Shown here: positions 44,880-54,391 of the stretch, piece after piece | Layout of the letters: every line of letters starts with the position of its first letter | How positions within the stretch are numbered: the stretch's first letter is position 1 | NCBI GenBank assembly: GCA_009392915.1 | Contig: CP045477.1 | Location: 640,001-704,000 of the forward strand | Direction of reading: 5' to 3' | Source of the DNA: Candidatus Forterrea multitransposorum CG_2015-17_Forterrea_25_41 | GTDB taxonomy: Archaea > Iainarchaeota > Iainarchaeia > Iainarchaeales > CSSED10-239 | Length of the DNA stretch: 64,000 nt | Notes under the pieces: generated by a model | Databases searched by the model: none | The model's input: only the letters and a program-made list of their open reading frames with translations | What the model was told of the DNA's origin: nothing | Program-made: the position numbers and the translations under genes

Positions 44880-46988
44880 ATGTGCTCAATAATTGGTTTT
44901 GTAAACTACAAAGAAACTAAAAAAGAAATAATCTCTGCGTTTAAAACTCTAGAAAAAAGAGGTCTTGATGGATATGGAGTTTTTTGTAATGATAAGTGTA
45001 GTTATTTTAAAGAGATTAAAGAGATAGAATCTAAAAACATCCCTGATGATGTTGTTTTTGGACACAACTTACTTTCTATAACAGGAAATGTTTCACAACC
45101 TATTATTATTGATAAAAAAGTACTTTTATCTAATTGTGAAATATATAATTACAAAGAACTTTCTTCAAAATACAAAATAGATTCAAAAAATGATTCTGAT
45201 TTTTTACTTAAAGCAATAATAAAGATTGGAAAAAAAATATTTACTGAAATTAATGGACCTTATGCTATATGTTATTATGATGGCAGAGAAATTTATTTAA
45301 GAAGAGATTTATTAGGGATAAAGCCTTTATGGTATTCAATAGAAAAAAAATCATTTGGGTTTGCTTCAGAAAAGAAAGTTTTAGAAAATGCAGGTTTTAA
45401 AAAAATTGAATTTTTAGATCCTAGAAAAGAACTTTCTTATAATGTTTTAAAAAATAAAATTAGTTTTAAACAAATACCATTCTTTAAAATAGAAAAAAAA
45501 CAAACAACAAAAGAAAAAGTATATGAAAAACTAAAAAATGCAATTTTTAAAAGAGCATCTGGAAAACAAAAAATTGCTCTTTTATATAGTTCAGGAATAG
45601 ATTCTTTAGTTATTGCAAAAATTTTAAAAGATAATAAAATTCCTTTTAAAGGGTACTTTGCATATTCTCAAGATATTTTAAACCCTAAAGATCTTTCAAA
45701 TGTTTTAAGAACAGAAAAAGAATATGGTTTTTCTATTGAAAAGATTAAAATTTCTAAAACAGAAATTGAAAAAACATTACCTTTACTTATAGAGAGAGTA
45801 GAGTCATCAAACCCTATAAAAATTGGTGTGTCCTTACCTATATACTTTGCTTCAAAAAAAGCAAGAAAAGATGGTTGTAAAGTTATTCTTTCAGGACTAG
45901 GATCTGATGAAATTTTTGCAGGATATTCAAGATTTAAAGAATCAACTAATCTTTTAAAAGATACTTTAAACCTTTTATACCAAATGCATGAAAATGATCT
46001 TTATAGAGAAGATGTGGTTTGTACAAATAATAACATAGAAGCAAGATTTCCATATCTTGATAAAGAAGTTATTGAAGAATCTTTTTGCCTTACAGACAAA
46101 CAAAAAATTAATAATGAAGAAAATAAAGTAATCTTAAGAGAGATTGGAAAAGAAATTGGTCTTTTAAAAGAAGATTACAAGAGGAAAAAAACAGCAGCAC
46201 AATACGGAAGTGGATTTGATAAAATGATTGAAAAAATAGCAAAAGAAAATAATGTTAAACAAAAAGGAGAATTTCTTAAAAAACTTTCAAAAAAAGAAAA
46301 CCTTACTTTAGGATGTCTTTTCTCAGGTGGAAAAGATTCAAACCTTGCATACCACATTATGGCAAGACAAAATTATAAGATTGCATGCTTAATGACAATG
46401 GTCACTGAAAACCCAGATTCTTATATGTTTCAAAAAATTGATGAAAAAATACTTTCTCTTCAATCCAAAGCATTAGAAGTGCCTTTTGTTTTTCAAAAAA
46501 CAAAAGGAATTAAAGAAGAAGAACTTAAAGACCTTAAAAGATTACTTTTCAAAGCAAAAGAAAAATATTCTCTTCAAGGAATAATTACTGGTGCTATAAA
46601 AAGTAATTATCAAAGAGAAAGAATACAAGATGTTTGTAATGAACTTGGTTTAAGAATGTTTTCTCCTCTTTGGAACAAAACACAAGAAGGTGTTTTAAAA
46701 GAACTTTTAGATGATGACTACCAAGTAATGATTGTAAAAATTGCAGGACAAGGACTTTCTGAAAATTGGCTTGGAAAAGTTTTAACTAAAGAAGACGTCA
46801 TTAACTTAAAAATAATTAATAAAAAGAAAGGAATTAATGTTGCAGGAGAAGGAGGAGAATATGAAAGTATTGTTCTTGATGCTCCACTTTATAAGCAAAA
46901 AATAGTAATCACAAGTGCAAACCCAATTATGGAAAATGAAATCACTGGTTATTTAGATATTTTAAAATTAGGTTTAGAAGAAAAATGA
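44880..46988 (+). CDS. fusion protein: asparagine-synthetase-like glutamine amidotransferase (AsnB) + diphthine-ammonia ligase (Dph6/MJ0570-like)
   Basis: Residues 1-~460: Ntn-GATase MCSIIGF, then AsnB motifs SSGIDSL, LSGLGSDEIFAGY, REDV...EARFPYLD. Residues ~475-702: PP-loop LFSGGKDS, GAIKSNYQRERIQDVCNELGLRMFSPLW, GEGGEYESIVLDAP, closely matching DPH6/MJ0570. Confidence 0.65.
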   Translation: MCSIIGFVNYKETKKEIISAFKTLEKRGLDGYGVFCNDKCSYFKEIKEIESKNIPDDVVFGHNLLSITGNVSQPIIIDKKVLLSNCEIYNYKELSSKYKIDSKNDSDFLLKAIIKIGKKIFTEINGPYAICYYDGREIYLRRDLLGIKPLWYSIEKKSFGFASEKKVLENAGFKKIEFLDPRKELSYNVLKNKISFKQIPFFKIEKKQTTKEKVYEKLKNAIFKRASGKQKIALLYSSGIDSLVIAKILKDNKIPFKGYFAYSQDILNPKDLSNVLRTEKEYGFSIEKIKISKTEIEKTLPLLIERVESSNPIKIGVSLPIYFASKKARKDGCKVILSGLGSDEIFAGYSRFKESTNLLKDTLNLLYQMHENDLYREDVVCTNNNIEARFPYLDKEVIEESFCLTDKQKINNEENKVILREIGKEIGLLKEDYKRKKTAAQYGSGFDKMIEKIAKENNVKQKGEFLKKLSKKENLTLGCLFSGGKDSNLAYHIMARQNYKIACLMTMVTENPDSYMFQKIDEKILSLQSKALEVPFVFQKTKGIKEEELKDLKRLLFKAKEKYSLQGIITGAIKSNYQRERIQDVCNELGLRMFSPLWNKTQEGVLKELLDDDYQVMIVKIAGQGLSENWLGKVLTKEDVINLKIINKKKGINVAGEGGEYESIVLDAPLYKQKIVITSANPIMENEITGYLDILKLGLEEK

Positions 46989-47010
46989 TTGTTTTTTTAA
47001 AAGAGAACAA

Positions 47011-47457
47011 TCATTTTAAAATATCTTCAACAATTGATAAAAATTCATAAGCACTTTTTTTAATTCCTAAAGAATCTTCTTTAGAACATAAATCTCCAGA
47101 ATATTGAATTGATTCTCTAAAAGATCTATACATGTTTAATAGATTTAAATATTTTAAAACTTGAGGATATTTACTATATTCTTCTTTTAAAAAAGTAATT
47201 AAACAATAATGGCTTCTTTCTGTATATCCTTTATTAAACAATAAAGCTCTTGCTGAATGAAATTAACTATTATAAGACATTAAATAAGAAGTATCATAAT
47301 AATCTATATTAAAACTCCCTTCTGCTCTTTCTAAAAAATGTCTTGAAACTTTAAGTGAACCATTAATTCTTTCAAAAGTATTATTGTCTTTTTTAATTAA
47401 TTTTTTTTCTAAACATTCTTCAAGAGTCATTAATATTAGCACCCCACAAACAAACAT
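47011..47457 (-). pseudogene. HEPN-domain gene interrupted by an in-frame TAA stop (at 47263-47265)
   Basis: ORFs 47263..47457 and 47011..47241 are in the same frame, separated by one TAA. The joined product (...SLKVSRHFLERAEG...SYLMSYNS*FHSARALLFNKGYTERSHY...) has HEPN-like helical layout. Confidence 0.45.
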
Positions 47458-47989
47458 GATTATTTAAAATAGAAGTTATAAATTCATCCTTTTGATTTAA
47501 TTTTTTAACCCATTGGTTTAAAGATAACTTAGTTATATTAATCTCTTTTTTAAAAACATTTTCAAGATTTAAAATTGAATTATAATTTATTTTATCAGAA
47601 TTATAAATTATTAATATATCAACATCGCTATTTTCTGAATAATTACCAGAAGAATATCCACCATAAAGGATTAATGAAACTAAACTAGATTTATTTTCTT
47701 CAATAAATTTAGAAAAAGAAGAAGAATTTAATATACTTCCAATAAAATATGATTTTTTAAAAGATTTTACAAAAACATTATCATTATTAAGACTAAAAAA
47801 AACAGAATTTGATTTTTTCTCTTTAAAAAGAACAGTATCTTTAACATAACTATTACAGTATTTTAAAACACTACTTGCACTTACATTTAATTTTCTAGCA
47901 AGTTCATTTAAATGAATCTTTGTATTTGGATTTTCTATAAAATAAGAGAGAACTTTAAAACCAGTATATTGAGACCATTCTTTAAGCAT
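47420..47989 (-). CDS. wHTH-fused minimal nucleotidyltransferase (MNT, antitoxin-like)
   Basis: NTase motif LYGGYSSGNYSENSDVDILI (GS...DxD); the N-terminal ~70 aa are wHTH-like. Overlaps the HEPN gene, a typical MNT-HEPN pair. Confidence 0.55.
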   Translation of the reverse strand: MLKEWSQYTGFKVLSYFIENPNTKIHLNELARKLNVSASSVLKYCNSYVKDTVLFKEKKSNSVFFSLNNDNVFVKSFKKSYFIGSILNSSSFSKFIEENKSSLVSLILYGGYSSGNYSENSDVDILIIYNSDKINYNSILNLENVFKKEINITKLSLNQWVKKLNQKDEFITSILNNHVCLWGANINDS

Positions 47990-48063
47990 AAATATAATAG
48001 AACCATTTTATTTAAAAAACAATTGTTTTTTTAAAAGAATAATCATTCTTTTAAAAGAATGAT

Positions 48064-48909
48064 TTATTTTCTTACAAACTTTTGCTTAATTCTTGAAAAA
48101 AGACTTTTTTTTTCTTTTAAAGATTCTTTTTTAATTTCTTTTAAATGAAGTGGTTCTTTATGTCTTTCTTTAAAAGAAGTTCTTTCTTTAAATCTTGAAA
48201 GATAATTTTTCATTTCTTCTTTCAATGAGGCTAATTCATTTCTAGAATAAGGATCTGTTCTTAAAGAAAGAATAGCATCTCTTCTACTACTAAGCTTTAT
48301 TTTAGAAGTGTCTTTTAAAGAAAAAACATTTGAAATGCCTGCAAGATTATATATTTTAAAACTCTTAGGATCTAATATTAAAGAAGAAAAACCTAAATTT
48401 TCTGAAGGATTTTTAGAAAGTCCAACAAAAGTTTTTATAAAAACTCTTCTATTTTCTCCATCAATATTTATTTTTGTTGAAAAAACAGAATCTTGTTTAA
48501 AAGCTCTAATAAAACCAAATATAGTTTCTTTACAAGTTGCATAACCAGTATGAAAGATTAACCCTTTAGGAATAATTCCTTTTTTAATCCTCCAAAGCTC
48601 TCTTTCAAGAGAATTAAAGGAATTAATTTTTTTAGAAAATTTATAATTATAACTATTGTTATCAATTGCAAGTAAAAATAAGTTTTTTTGATTAAAAGAA
48701 AGAGATTTATAAACATTTAAAGCACTATTAAGTTCTTTTGAAGAAAAATTATTTAAGTAAGAAAATAATTTAGGATAATCAAGAGTATGAAAATGAAAAA
48801 CTGGACTTCTATGATTATCTGATTTTTGTTTTTTAAAAAGTTTTAAATTTTTACTTTTTTCAGAAATTAATATTTTTTCTAAACTATTTATAAAATCTAG
48901 AGCATCCAT
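48064..48909 (-). CDS. hypothetical protein (last gene of the eIF1A-RIO-KH cluster)
   Basis: 281 aa, basic C-terminus, no motif recognised. Confidence 0.3.
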   Translation of the reverse strand: MDALDFINSLEKILISEKSKNLKLFKKQKSDNHRSPVFHFHTLDYPKLFSYLNNFSSKELNSALNVYKSLSFNQKNLFLLAIDNNSYNYKFSKKINSFNSLERELWRIKKGIIPKGLIFHTGYATCKETIFGFIRAFKQDSVFSTKINIDGENRRVFIKTFVGLSKNPSENLGFSSLILDPKSFKIYNLAGISNVFSLKDTSKIKLSSRRDAILSLRTDPYSRNELASLKEEMKNYLSRFKERTSFKERHKEPLHLKEIKKESLKEKKSLFSRIKQKFVRK

Positions 48910-48924
48910 AAATATTTCTTATTT

Positions 48925-49491
48925 TTAAGAAAAATCAATATCATCAATTTTTTCTTCTTCTTTAACTTCTTTATAACCTTCAAGAAGAGAACTTCTTTTG
49001 ATTGCTTTAATTACAGTTGAATGTTTAGCACCAGCAAGAATTTTTTCAACAGCATCTCTTGCATCTTTAATATTATCTTCAGATGCAATTATTGAAACTG
49101 TTTTTCCATAAACAGAAATAATTGAAGAAAATTTACTTTCAATTAATTTTTTAATTCTTCCTTCTCTACCAATAACTCTTCCCTTTATTTGAGTATGTCT
49201 ATGTCTTGAGTTTTTAACATAATCTTCAAGAGGAATAACTTCTAAAACAAAATCATCTTTTAAAAGATTAAAAGCATTCTCTGGAGAAAAACCTCTTCCA
49301 ATTGCAGAAATAATATTCTTTGCAGTATGTACTTCAAAAAAAGATTGATCAGAAGAAATTGTAACTTCTCCTAAATGAGAATCAATATCTATCTTTGTTT
49401 TTGTTTTCTTTTCAATCTGTTTTTTAACAGTTCCATTTGGTCCAATTAAGACAGGAAGTCTATTATGACCAACTCTAATTATTTCTTCCAT
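48925..49491 (-). CDS. KH-domain RNA-binding protein (Dim2/Pno1-like)
   Basis: Two KH-like GxxG segments (IGPNGTVKK, IGREGRIKK). Conserved position after RIO kinase. Confidence 0.7.
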   Translation of the reverse strand: MEEIIRVGHNRLPVLIGPNGTVKKQIEKKTKTKIDIDSHLGEVTISSDQSFFEVHTAKNIISAIGRGFSPENAFNLLKDDFVLEVIPLEDYVKNSRHRHTQIKGRVIGREGRIKKLIESKFSSIISVYGKTVSIIASEDNIKDARDAVEKILAGAKHSTVIKAIKRSSLLEGYKEVKEEEKIDDIDFS

Positions 49492-50212
49492 AAAGCTCTT
49501 CTTTTTTTGTTTTTAAATCTTCTAAAAAAGATTCATAAGTAATATTTTTATTTTTAAATTTTTTATTTAAAAAATCAGTAATAGAAATTATATCTCTTTT
49601 TAAAAAATCTTTAGATAAAGGATGACTATAAACAACAGCTTGGCCCATATCAATAATTGTAATTTCTTCTGTTTCTGGATTTATTAAAATATTAAATGCA
49701 GAAAAATCTGCATGAACAATCTTTGCACCATATAACATTTTTGCATAATTTTCAATTATCTGTGGATAAACCACATCAAAAGAAAACTTCACCTCTGAAA
49801 GTTTAGGAAAAGGAATCCCATCTTTTGAACCTAAAAAAGACATAACAATTATATTTTTTTCTTTTGCAATAACAATTGGAACCTTAACATTATTTCTTAA
49901 AGCTAAAGTTAGATTTTTATATTCTTTTGAAGCCCAGATTAAGAATAACTCTCTTCTGTCTTTAGAGATTCTTTTAAATCTGTGATCTCCAATAATATAT
50001 TTATCCATGTTTTTAAAATCAGAAGTTTCTACTTTATATATCTTTAAAGCAAGAGGAGTATCATTTAAATAACCAAGAAAAGTTATAGCTTCTTTTCCAC
50101 TTGATATTGGAGAATCTATAGTATCCATTATACCATTCTTTGAAAGTTTAAAAATAGCTTCATGTGTTCTATTATCAAACACATAACCTTCAACTTTTCT
50201 TTTTTCAATCAT
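49475..50212 (-). CDS. RIO-type serine/threonine protein kinase (Rio1-like)
   Basis: ISSGKEAITF (P-loop-like), ALKIYK, catalytic VHADFSAFNILI, and metal-binding IIDMGQAV. Confidence 0.8.
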   Translation of the reverse strand: MIEKRKVEGYVFDNRTHEAIFKLSKNGIMDTIDSPISSGKEAITFLGYLNDTPLALKIYKVETSDFKNMDKYIIGDHRFKRISKDRRELFLIWASKEYKNLTLALRNNVKVPIVIAKEKNIIVMSFLGSKDGIPFPKLSEVKFSFDVVYPQIIENYAKMLYGAKIVHADFSAFNILINPETEEITIIDMGQAVVYSHPLSKDFLKRDIISITDFLNKKFKNKNITYESFLEDLKTKKEELYGRNN

Positions 50213-50226
50213 TTAAAATAACATCC

Positions 50227-50571
50227 TTAATATCTATTTCTATTACCAGTAGAACTTTGTGCGTGCTTACTCATTTCTGTTAAAAGACCACGTTTTTCAA
50301 GAGCATTTACTTGGAAACCTAAATATCTCCAAACAACATCTCCTTTTGTAGGTTGGAAATCCCATAATTTTACAATTACTAAATCTCCTTGCTTTATCCA
50401 GATGTGTTTAAACATTTTACCAGGAATTCTACAGATTCTTTCTTTTCCATCTTCACACATTATAGAAATATTATTAACACCCATTAATTGAGTAACCACA
50501 CCAAACATTTCAAGTTCTTTTTTATTTGGTGTTTTTAATCTAATATTTGTATTATCAGTATTTGGTTCCAA
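50227..50571 (-). CDS. eif1a: translation initiation factor aIF-1A
   Basis: An S1-like OB fold (MFGVVTQLMGVNNISIMCEDGKERICRIPGKM...) plus a C-terminal extension containing WDFQPTKGDVVWRY. Confidence 0.85.
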   Translation of the reverse strand: MEPNTDNTNIRLKTPNKKELEMFGVVTQLMGVNNISIMCEDGKERICRIPGKMFKHIWIKQGDLVIVKLWDFQPTKGDVVWRYLGFQVNALEKRGLLTEMSKHAQSSTGNRNRY

Positions 50572-50592
50572 AAATTAATCAACTCCTTTTCT

Positions 50593-50883
50593 CTAAACTT
50601 TATAAATTTGAACATGAGGAATTTTTTCAATATAAATAATTGACTCTTTTACAATTATTTTTTCCTCTAAAAGTAAATTGCAGACTTTTTCTCCAAAAAT
50701 ATTTGCAGAATGACAACTATCAATATACTTTAAAATTTCTTCTTTAGAAAGTAATCTATCACCATAAAAAGATTCTGAAAAATAGATTTCAAAATCATCT
50801 GTAATAATTGTTTTTCCAACTAAAGATTTATCACAAGATGCAAAAATTTTATTTCCACTTACATCATGTATTTTACCAATCAT
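50593..50883 (-). CDS. small beta-barrel protein, possibly Gar1-like (tentative)
   Basis: 96 aa. MIGKIHDVSGNKIF...VGKTIITDD loosely resembles the Gar1 N-terminus (GKVLHVSGNRLIVR...GSKVVDE). The assignment is weak. Confidence 0.25.
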   Translation of the reverse strand: MIGKIHDVSGNKIFASCDKSLVGKTIITDDFEIYFSESFYGDRLLSKEEILKYIDSCHSANIFGEKVCNLLLEEKIIVKESIIYIEKIPHVQIYKV

Positions 50884-50913
50884 AAAAAGTACCTTTCTTT
50901 TAAAACTTAAGAT

Positions 50914-51351
50914 TTACAACTTAGGTAATGGACTTATTGCTCCGCAAGCAGTACATTTTAATATCTTAACATTATTTTGAACAACAATCTCTGTATCTGG
51001 TTTTTTACATGCAGAACAAAGTACAAAATATTTTAGATATTTATCTAATATCTGATTCATCTTTTGATTATTAAAAATACCATTTAATACTAAAGTACCA
51101 TTAACAATAGTAGAAGATGTTGAAATTTCTTTCATAACAAACTTATACATTTGCAATTCTTCTCTTTTTAGGTCTTTTGCACATTTTGAAAAATTTTTCC
51201 AAATAGTTTGTTTACCTTGAACAATAGAGTCAACTGTTGGAAGTTCAAACCTTGTGTTTTCTAATGTTTTTGTTGGAAGAGACATGTAAAGTCTATCTAA
51301 CAAAGAATTATAATCTAAAGGATTATCAGTATTTGTTTTTTCTTTAACCAT
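50914..51351 (-). CDS. translation initiation factor aIF-2 beta
   Basis: C-terminal C4 zinc ribbon (CSACKKPDT...CTACGA) and a conserved central region (LDKYLKYFVLC). Confidence 0.8.
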   Translation of the reverse strand: MVKEKTNTDNPLDYNSLLDRLYMSLPTKTLENTRFELPTVDSIVQGKQTIWKNFSKCAKDLKREELQMYKFVMKEISTSSTIVNGTLVLNGIFNNQKMNQILDKYLKYFVLCSACKKPDTEIVVQNNVKILKCTACGAISPLPKL

Positions 51352-51668
51352 AATATATTATATGTTTAGAAGTGTTTATAAATATTAGTTAGTTTGGAAA
51401 TTTTGATAAAAAGTAAAGTATAAACATTAAATCAAAAGAGAGTAAAATTTAAGTTTAAAACATTATTTCTTTTCAATCTTATTAATCTCTTTTATAAAAA
51501 GACTATAATTTTCAGCATATGTTAAAGGATCAAATAAATAAAGATCTATTGGTTTTTTGGAAAAATCTATAAAACAATTATTCTTTGTTAAATCAAGATC
51601 CTTAAAACCTATTTTTTCAAGTGATTTGTTTAATTTTAAAAATTTAGAATTAATTTCTTTTTTATCTT

Positions 51669-52265
51669 CTAAAGTAAGTTTTTTTTCTTAATGGCATCAC
51701 TAACTGTTATTAAATAAGATAAATCATAAGCAATAAAAGATCTAAGATCAGAAGCATTATAAAAAAATCCTTTTTTTTGAGAATAATTATCAAATGCAAA
51801 ATGAGGTTTAATTATTTTAAAACCAGACTTTTTTGCTTCTTTTTCAATTAATCTTAAAGCAAGTAATTCTTCTGTTAGAGACATGTCTACCTTACCTTTT
51901 GTTTCTTTTATAAAAAACCTAATTGGTTTTTTATTATTAACAATTAAAACAAAACCATTAGAGGTGTTAAGAACACTGGTATTTCTGTTATTAAGAATTT
52001 GATTTGTAACTTTTAAAATTTCAAAATTACCTTTTTTATCAACAAATCTTATTTCTTTTTTATTTTTTGACAAAAAATCAATTGCTTTAATAATTCCTGG
52101 ATTTTCTATTAATACTTTCCTTGCAAAATTATTATAGATTAATTTTTTACCTAGATATCTGTAAGGCCGATTATCTTTATAAGTTAATTGATCTGGATGT
52201 TTAGAAGTTTTTGATGGAACTATTTTTTTCTTTTTTTCAAAAGCACTTTTTAATAACTTAAACAT
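51669..52265 (-). CDS. hypothetical protein; may continue by a frameshift at a T8 run into a 72-codon ORF (51463-51680)
   Basis: The ORF ends ...AIKKKNLL* just after the A8/T8 homopolymer at 51681-51688. A 1-nt shift there would read KLTLEDKKEINSKFLKLNKSLEKIGFKDLDLTKNNCFIDFSKKPIDLYLFDPLTYAENYSLFIKEINKIEKK*. Confidence 0.3.
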   Translation of the reverse strand: MFKLLKSAFEKKKKIVPSKTSKHPDQLTYKDNRPYRYLGKKLIYNNFARKVLIENPGIIKAIDFLSKNKKEIRFVDKKGNFEILKVTNQILNNRNTSVLNTSNGFVLIVNNKKPIRFFIKETKGKVDMSLTEELLALRLIEKEAKKSGFKIIKPHFAFDNYSQKKGFFYNASDLRSFIAYDLSYLITVSDAIKKKNLL

Positions 52266-52350
52266 TATATCAAAACCTTTTTACATAAAATATAAATATT
52301 AAAAATAACAAACCATTTATAAAGATTGTTTTAATGGCTGTTAAAAAAAA

Positions 52351-53292
52351 TTAAAAACTAATTAAAATAACCATCACAATAATCATAAACAAAGCTTGCA
52401 AAGGAAGAGCAGGCATTGCCTTAAATTTATATTTCTTTAAAAGATAAAATGTTAAAAATAAACCTAAAAGAGAAGAAAGTAAAACTAAAGAAACATAGAG
52501 AAGAGAACAAAACAAAGTTATTTTAGAGCTTAAAAAGAAATAAAAAGAAGAAGCCACAACTAAAGGAATTACTAAATCTCCTCCACCTAACTGATAGGTT
52601 TTTTCTTTTGTTGGAATATAAAAGATTAAAGCCATTTTAGTTTTTGAAAATGTTTTTGCTAAAGTTATCATGTGCTTTGTATAGAAAACAGCAATAATAT
52701 CATAAATAGATAAAAGAATTAAAAAAACTAAAACAGGAATAAAACCTAAAGAAAGCCCAATTATTGATCCTGCTCCTGCAATAGAGATTGCAAGAAGTAT
52801 ATTATTGTACCAAGAAACTAGGTTTAAAGATAGTTTTTTGCTTTTATCCATTAAATATTTAATAAATAAAAAAATTACTGTTAAGTACATTGCAAGAGTT
52901 TCAAAAAAGAAAACATCAAAAACAATTGTAATACCAACAAATAAAGCTAAATATTCAAATATTCTTAAATAAGAGGTTTTTTTTGAAAATCTTTTTATTA
53001 AAAGAATAATTCCTGTAACTACAAGAATTTGAACAATTATGAAAACAGAATTAATAATATCATCAGGATTATCAGTGATTAAAGCAATTCTTAGATCTGT
53101 TAAAGAAGAATAATAAGATGCAGTGTAAAGTCCTATGACTTGAACAATTACAAAAATGATTATTAAGTAAAATATAAAAGATGTTGAAAAAGAAGTTTCT
53201 TTAAAAGACTCTTTTTTACTATTCTTAAGAGGTTTATCCTTCTTAAGAGGTTTATCCTTTTTAACAAATTTTGTTTCTTTTTTAGAGCTCAT
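52351..53292 (-). CDS. presenilin/signal-peptide-peptidase homolog (A22 intramembrane aspartyl protease)
   Basis: Polytopic; YD in a TM helix (LSIYDIIAVF), GxGD (QLGGGDLVIP) and PAL (AMPALPL) in the canonical order. N-terminal K-rich cytoplasmic tail. Confidence 0.6.
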   Translation of the reverse strand: MSSKKETKFVKKDKPLKKDKPLKNSKKESFKETSFSTSFIFYLIIIFVIVQVIGLYTASYYSSLTDLRIALITDNPDDIINSVFIIVQILVVTGIILLIKRFSKKTSYLRIFEYLALFVGITIVFDVFFFETLAMYLTVIFLFIKYLMDKSKKLSLNLVSWYNNILLAISIAGAGSIIGLSLGFIPVLVFLILLSIYDIIAVFYTKHMITLAKTFSKTKMALIFYIPTKEKTYQLGGGDLVIPLVVASSFYFFLSSKITLFCSLLYVSLVLLSSLLGLFLTFYLLKKYKFKAMPALPLQALFMIIVMVILISF

Positions 53293-53819
53293 TTTCTACC
53301 ATGCTTTTTAATTAAAATATTTGTTTTTGGTTTTATTTTTTTAAATTTATCAATATACATTTCAGATTTTTTTTCTAAAGAATATTCTTTTTTAAAAGAT
53401 TTATTTCTTCGATTAACTATATCTTCATTTATAGAATATATTTTTTTAGAAATCACAGCACCACTCTCTATTTTTTCAACCTTATATTTAGAAGACATAA
53501 AAGTTGTAACTCTTAGTTTTAGTTTTCTACCTAAACCTTTATTTTGAAAATCAGGATGAATATAAAGATTATTTATAAAAAAAGATTTATTCTTTAAATT
53601 TCCTTGACAAACACCAACAATCTTTGAATCTGATTTTAGTAAAAATAAATGAGTGTTTTTCTTTAAAAGATCTTTTTTAAAAAGAGAAACTTCTCTTGAA
53701 GTGAAATTTTGAATCTTTGTTAAATATTGCATCAATATTGAAAAAGTCTCATTAACTTCACTTCTGTTTTTAATAAATTCAGATATATTTTCTGAAGAAT
53801 AATGTTTATAATTAATCAC
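53289..53819 (-). CDS. GNAT-like acetyltransferase
   Basis: IHPDFQNKGLGRKL matches the GNAT motif A region. Paralogous N-terminus with the neighbour. Confidence 0.45.
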   Translation of the reverse strand: MINYKHYSSENISEFIKNRSEVNETFSILMQYLTKIQNFTSREVSLFKKDLLKKNTHLFLLKSDSKIVGVCQGNLKNKSFFINNLYIHPDFQNKGLGRKLKLRVTTFMSSKYKVEKIESGAVISKKIYSINEDIVNRRNKSFKKEYSLEKKSEMYIDKFKKIKPKTNILIKKHGRK

Positions 53820-53822
53820 AAC

Positions 53823-54326
53823 TTATTTCCTCTTTAAACTTGTTTTTTTAAAAACCTTAAAAGATTTTTTAGAAAATAAAGTATCTTGAAAATAACTAAT
53901 TCTTTTTGATTTATTTTCTCTAGAGAACATTTTTTTAAAAGAATTTGTTGTTTCTGGAGATAAAATATAACTTGATTCAAAATGTTTAATATCTTTTTTA
54001 ACTCTTAAATATCCAATTGCTCTTGTAATTAGCTTTTGCTCAATCAACGATTTGTTTGTTCCTTTTAAAACAAAAAAATGATTTAAAGTAAAATGATCTT
54101 TAAAAACACTACCTTGAGCAATTGCAATTAATTTTTTATTTTCAAAAGCCATAAACAAAGAAGTATTTAAGACATCTTTTAAAAGTTGATTTTTTATTTT
54201 TTGAGAATAAGAAATTGGAATTTTTTCAACATTAAAATAAATTTTATAAACTTCTTTTAAAAATTCTGGTTTATGAATTATTTTTTCATAAATCTCATTT
54301 CCAAAATATTGTTTGTAAGTTATCAT
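53823..54326 (-). CDS. GNAT-like protein, degenerate paralog
   Basis: N-terminus MITYKQYFGNEIYEKI is paralogous to MINYKHYSSENISEFI of the previous gene. The acetyl-CoA motif is degenerate. Confidence 0.35.
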   Translation of the reverse strand: MITYKQYFGNEIYEKIIHKPEFLKEVYKIYFNVEKIPISYSQKIKNQLLKDVLNTSLFMAFENKKLIAIAQGSVFKDHFTLNHFFVLKGTNKSLIEQKLITRAIGYLRVKKDIKHFESSYILSPETTNSFKKMFSRENKSKRISYFQDTLFSKKSFKVFKKTSLKRK

Positions 54327-54391
54327 ATCTTTTTACCTATATTTATTTATAAATAAAAAAATATATAAAAGACTTTATAAAACCTATTTTT

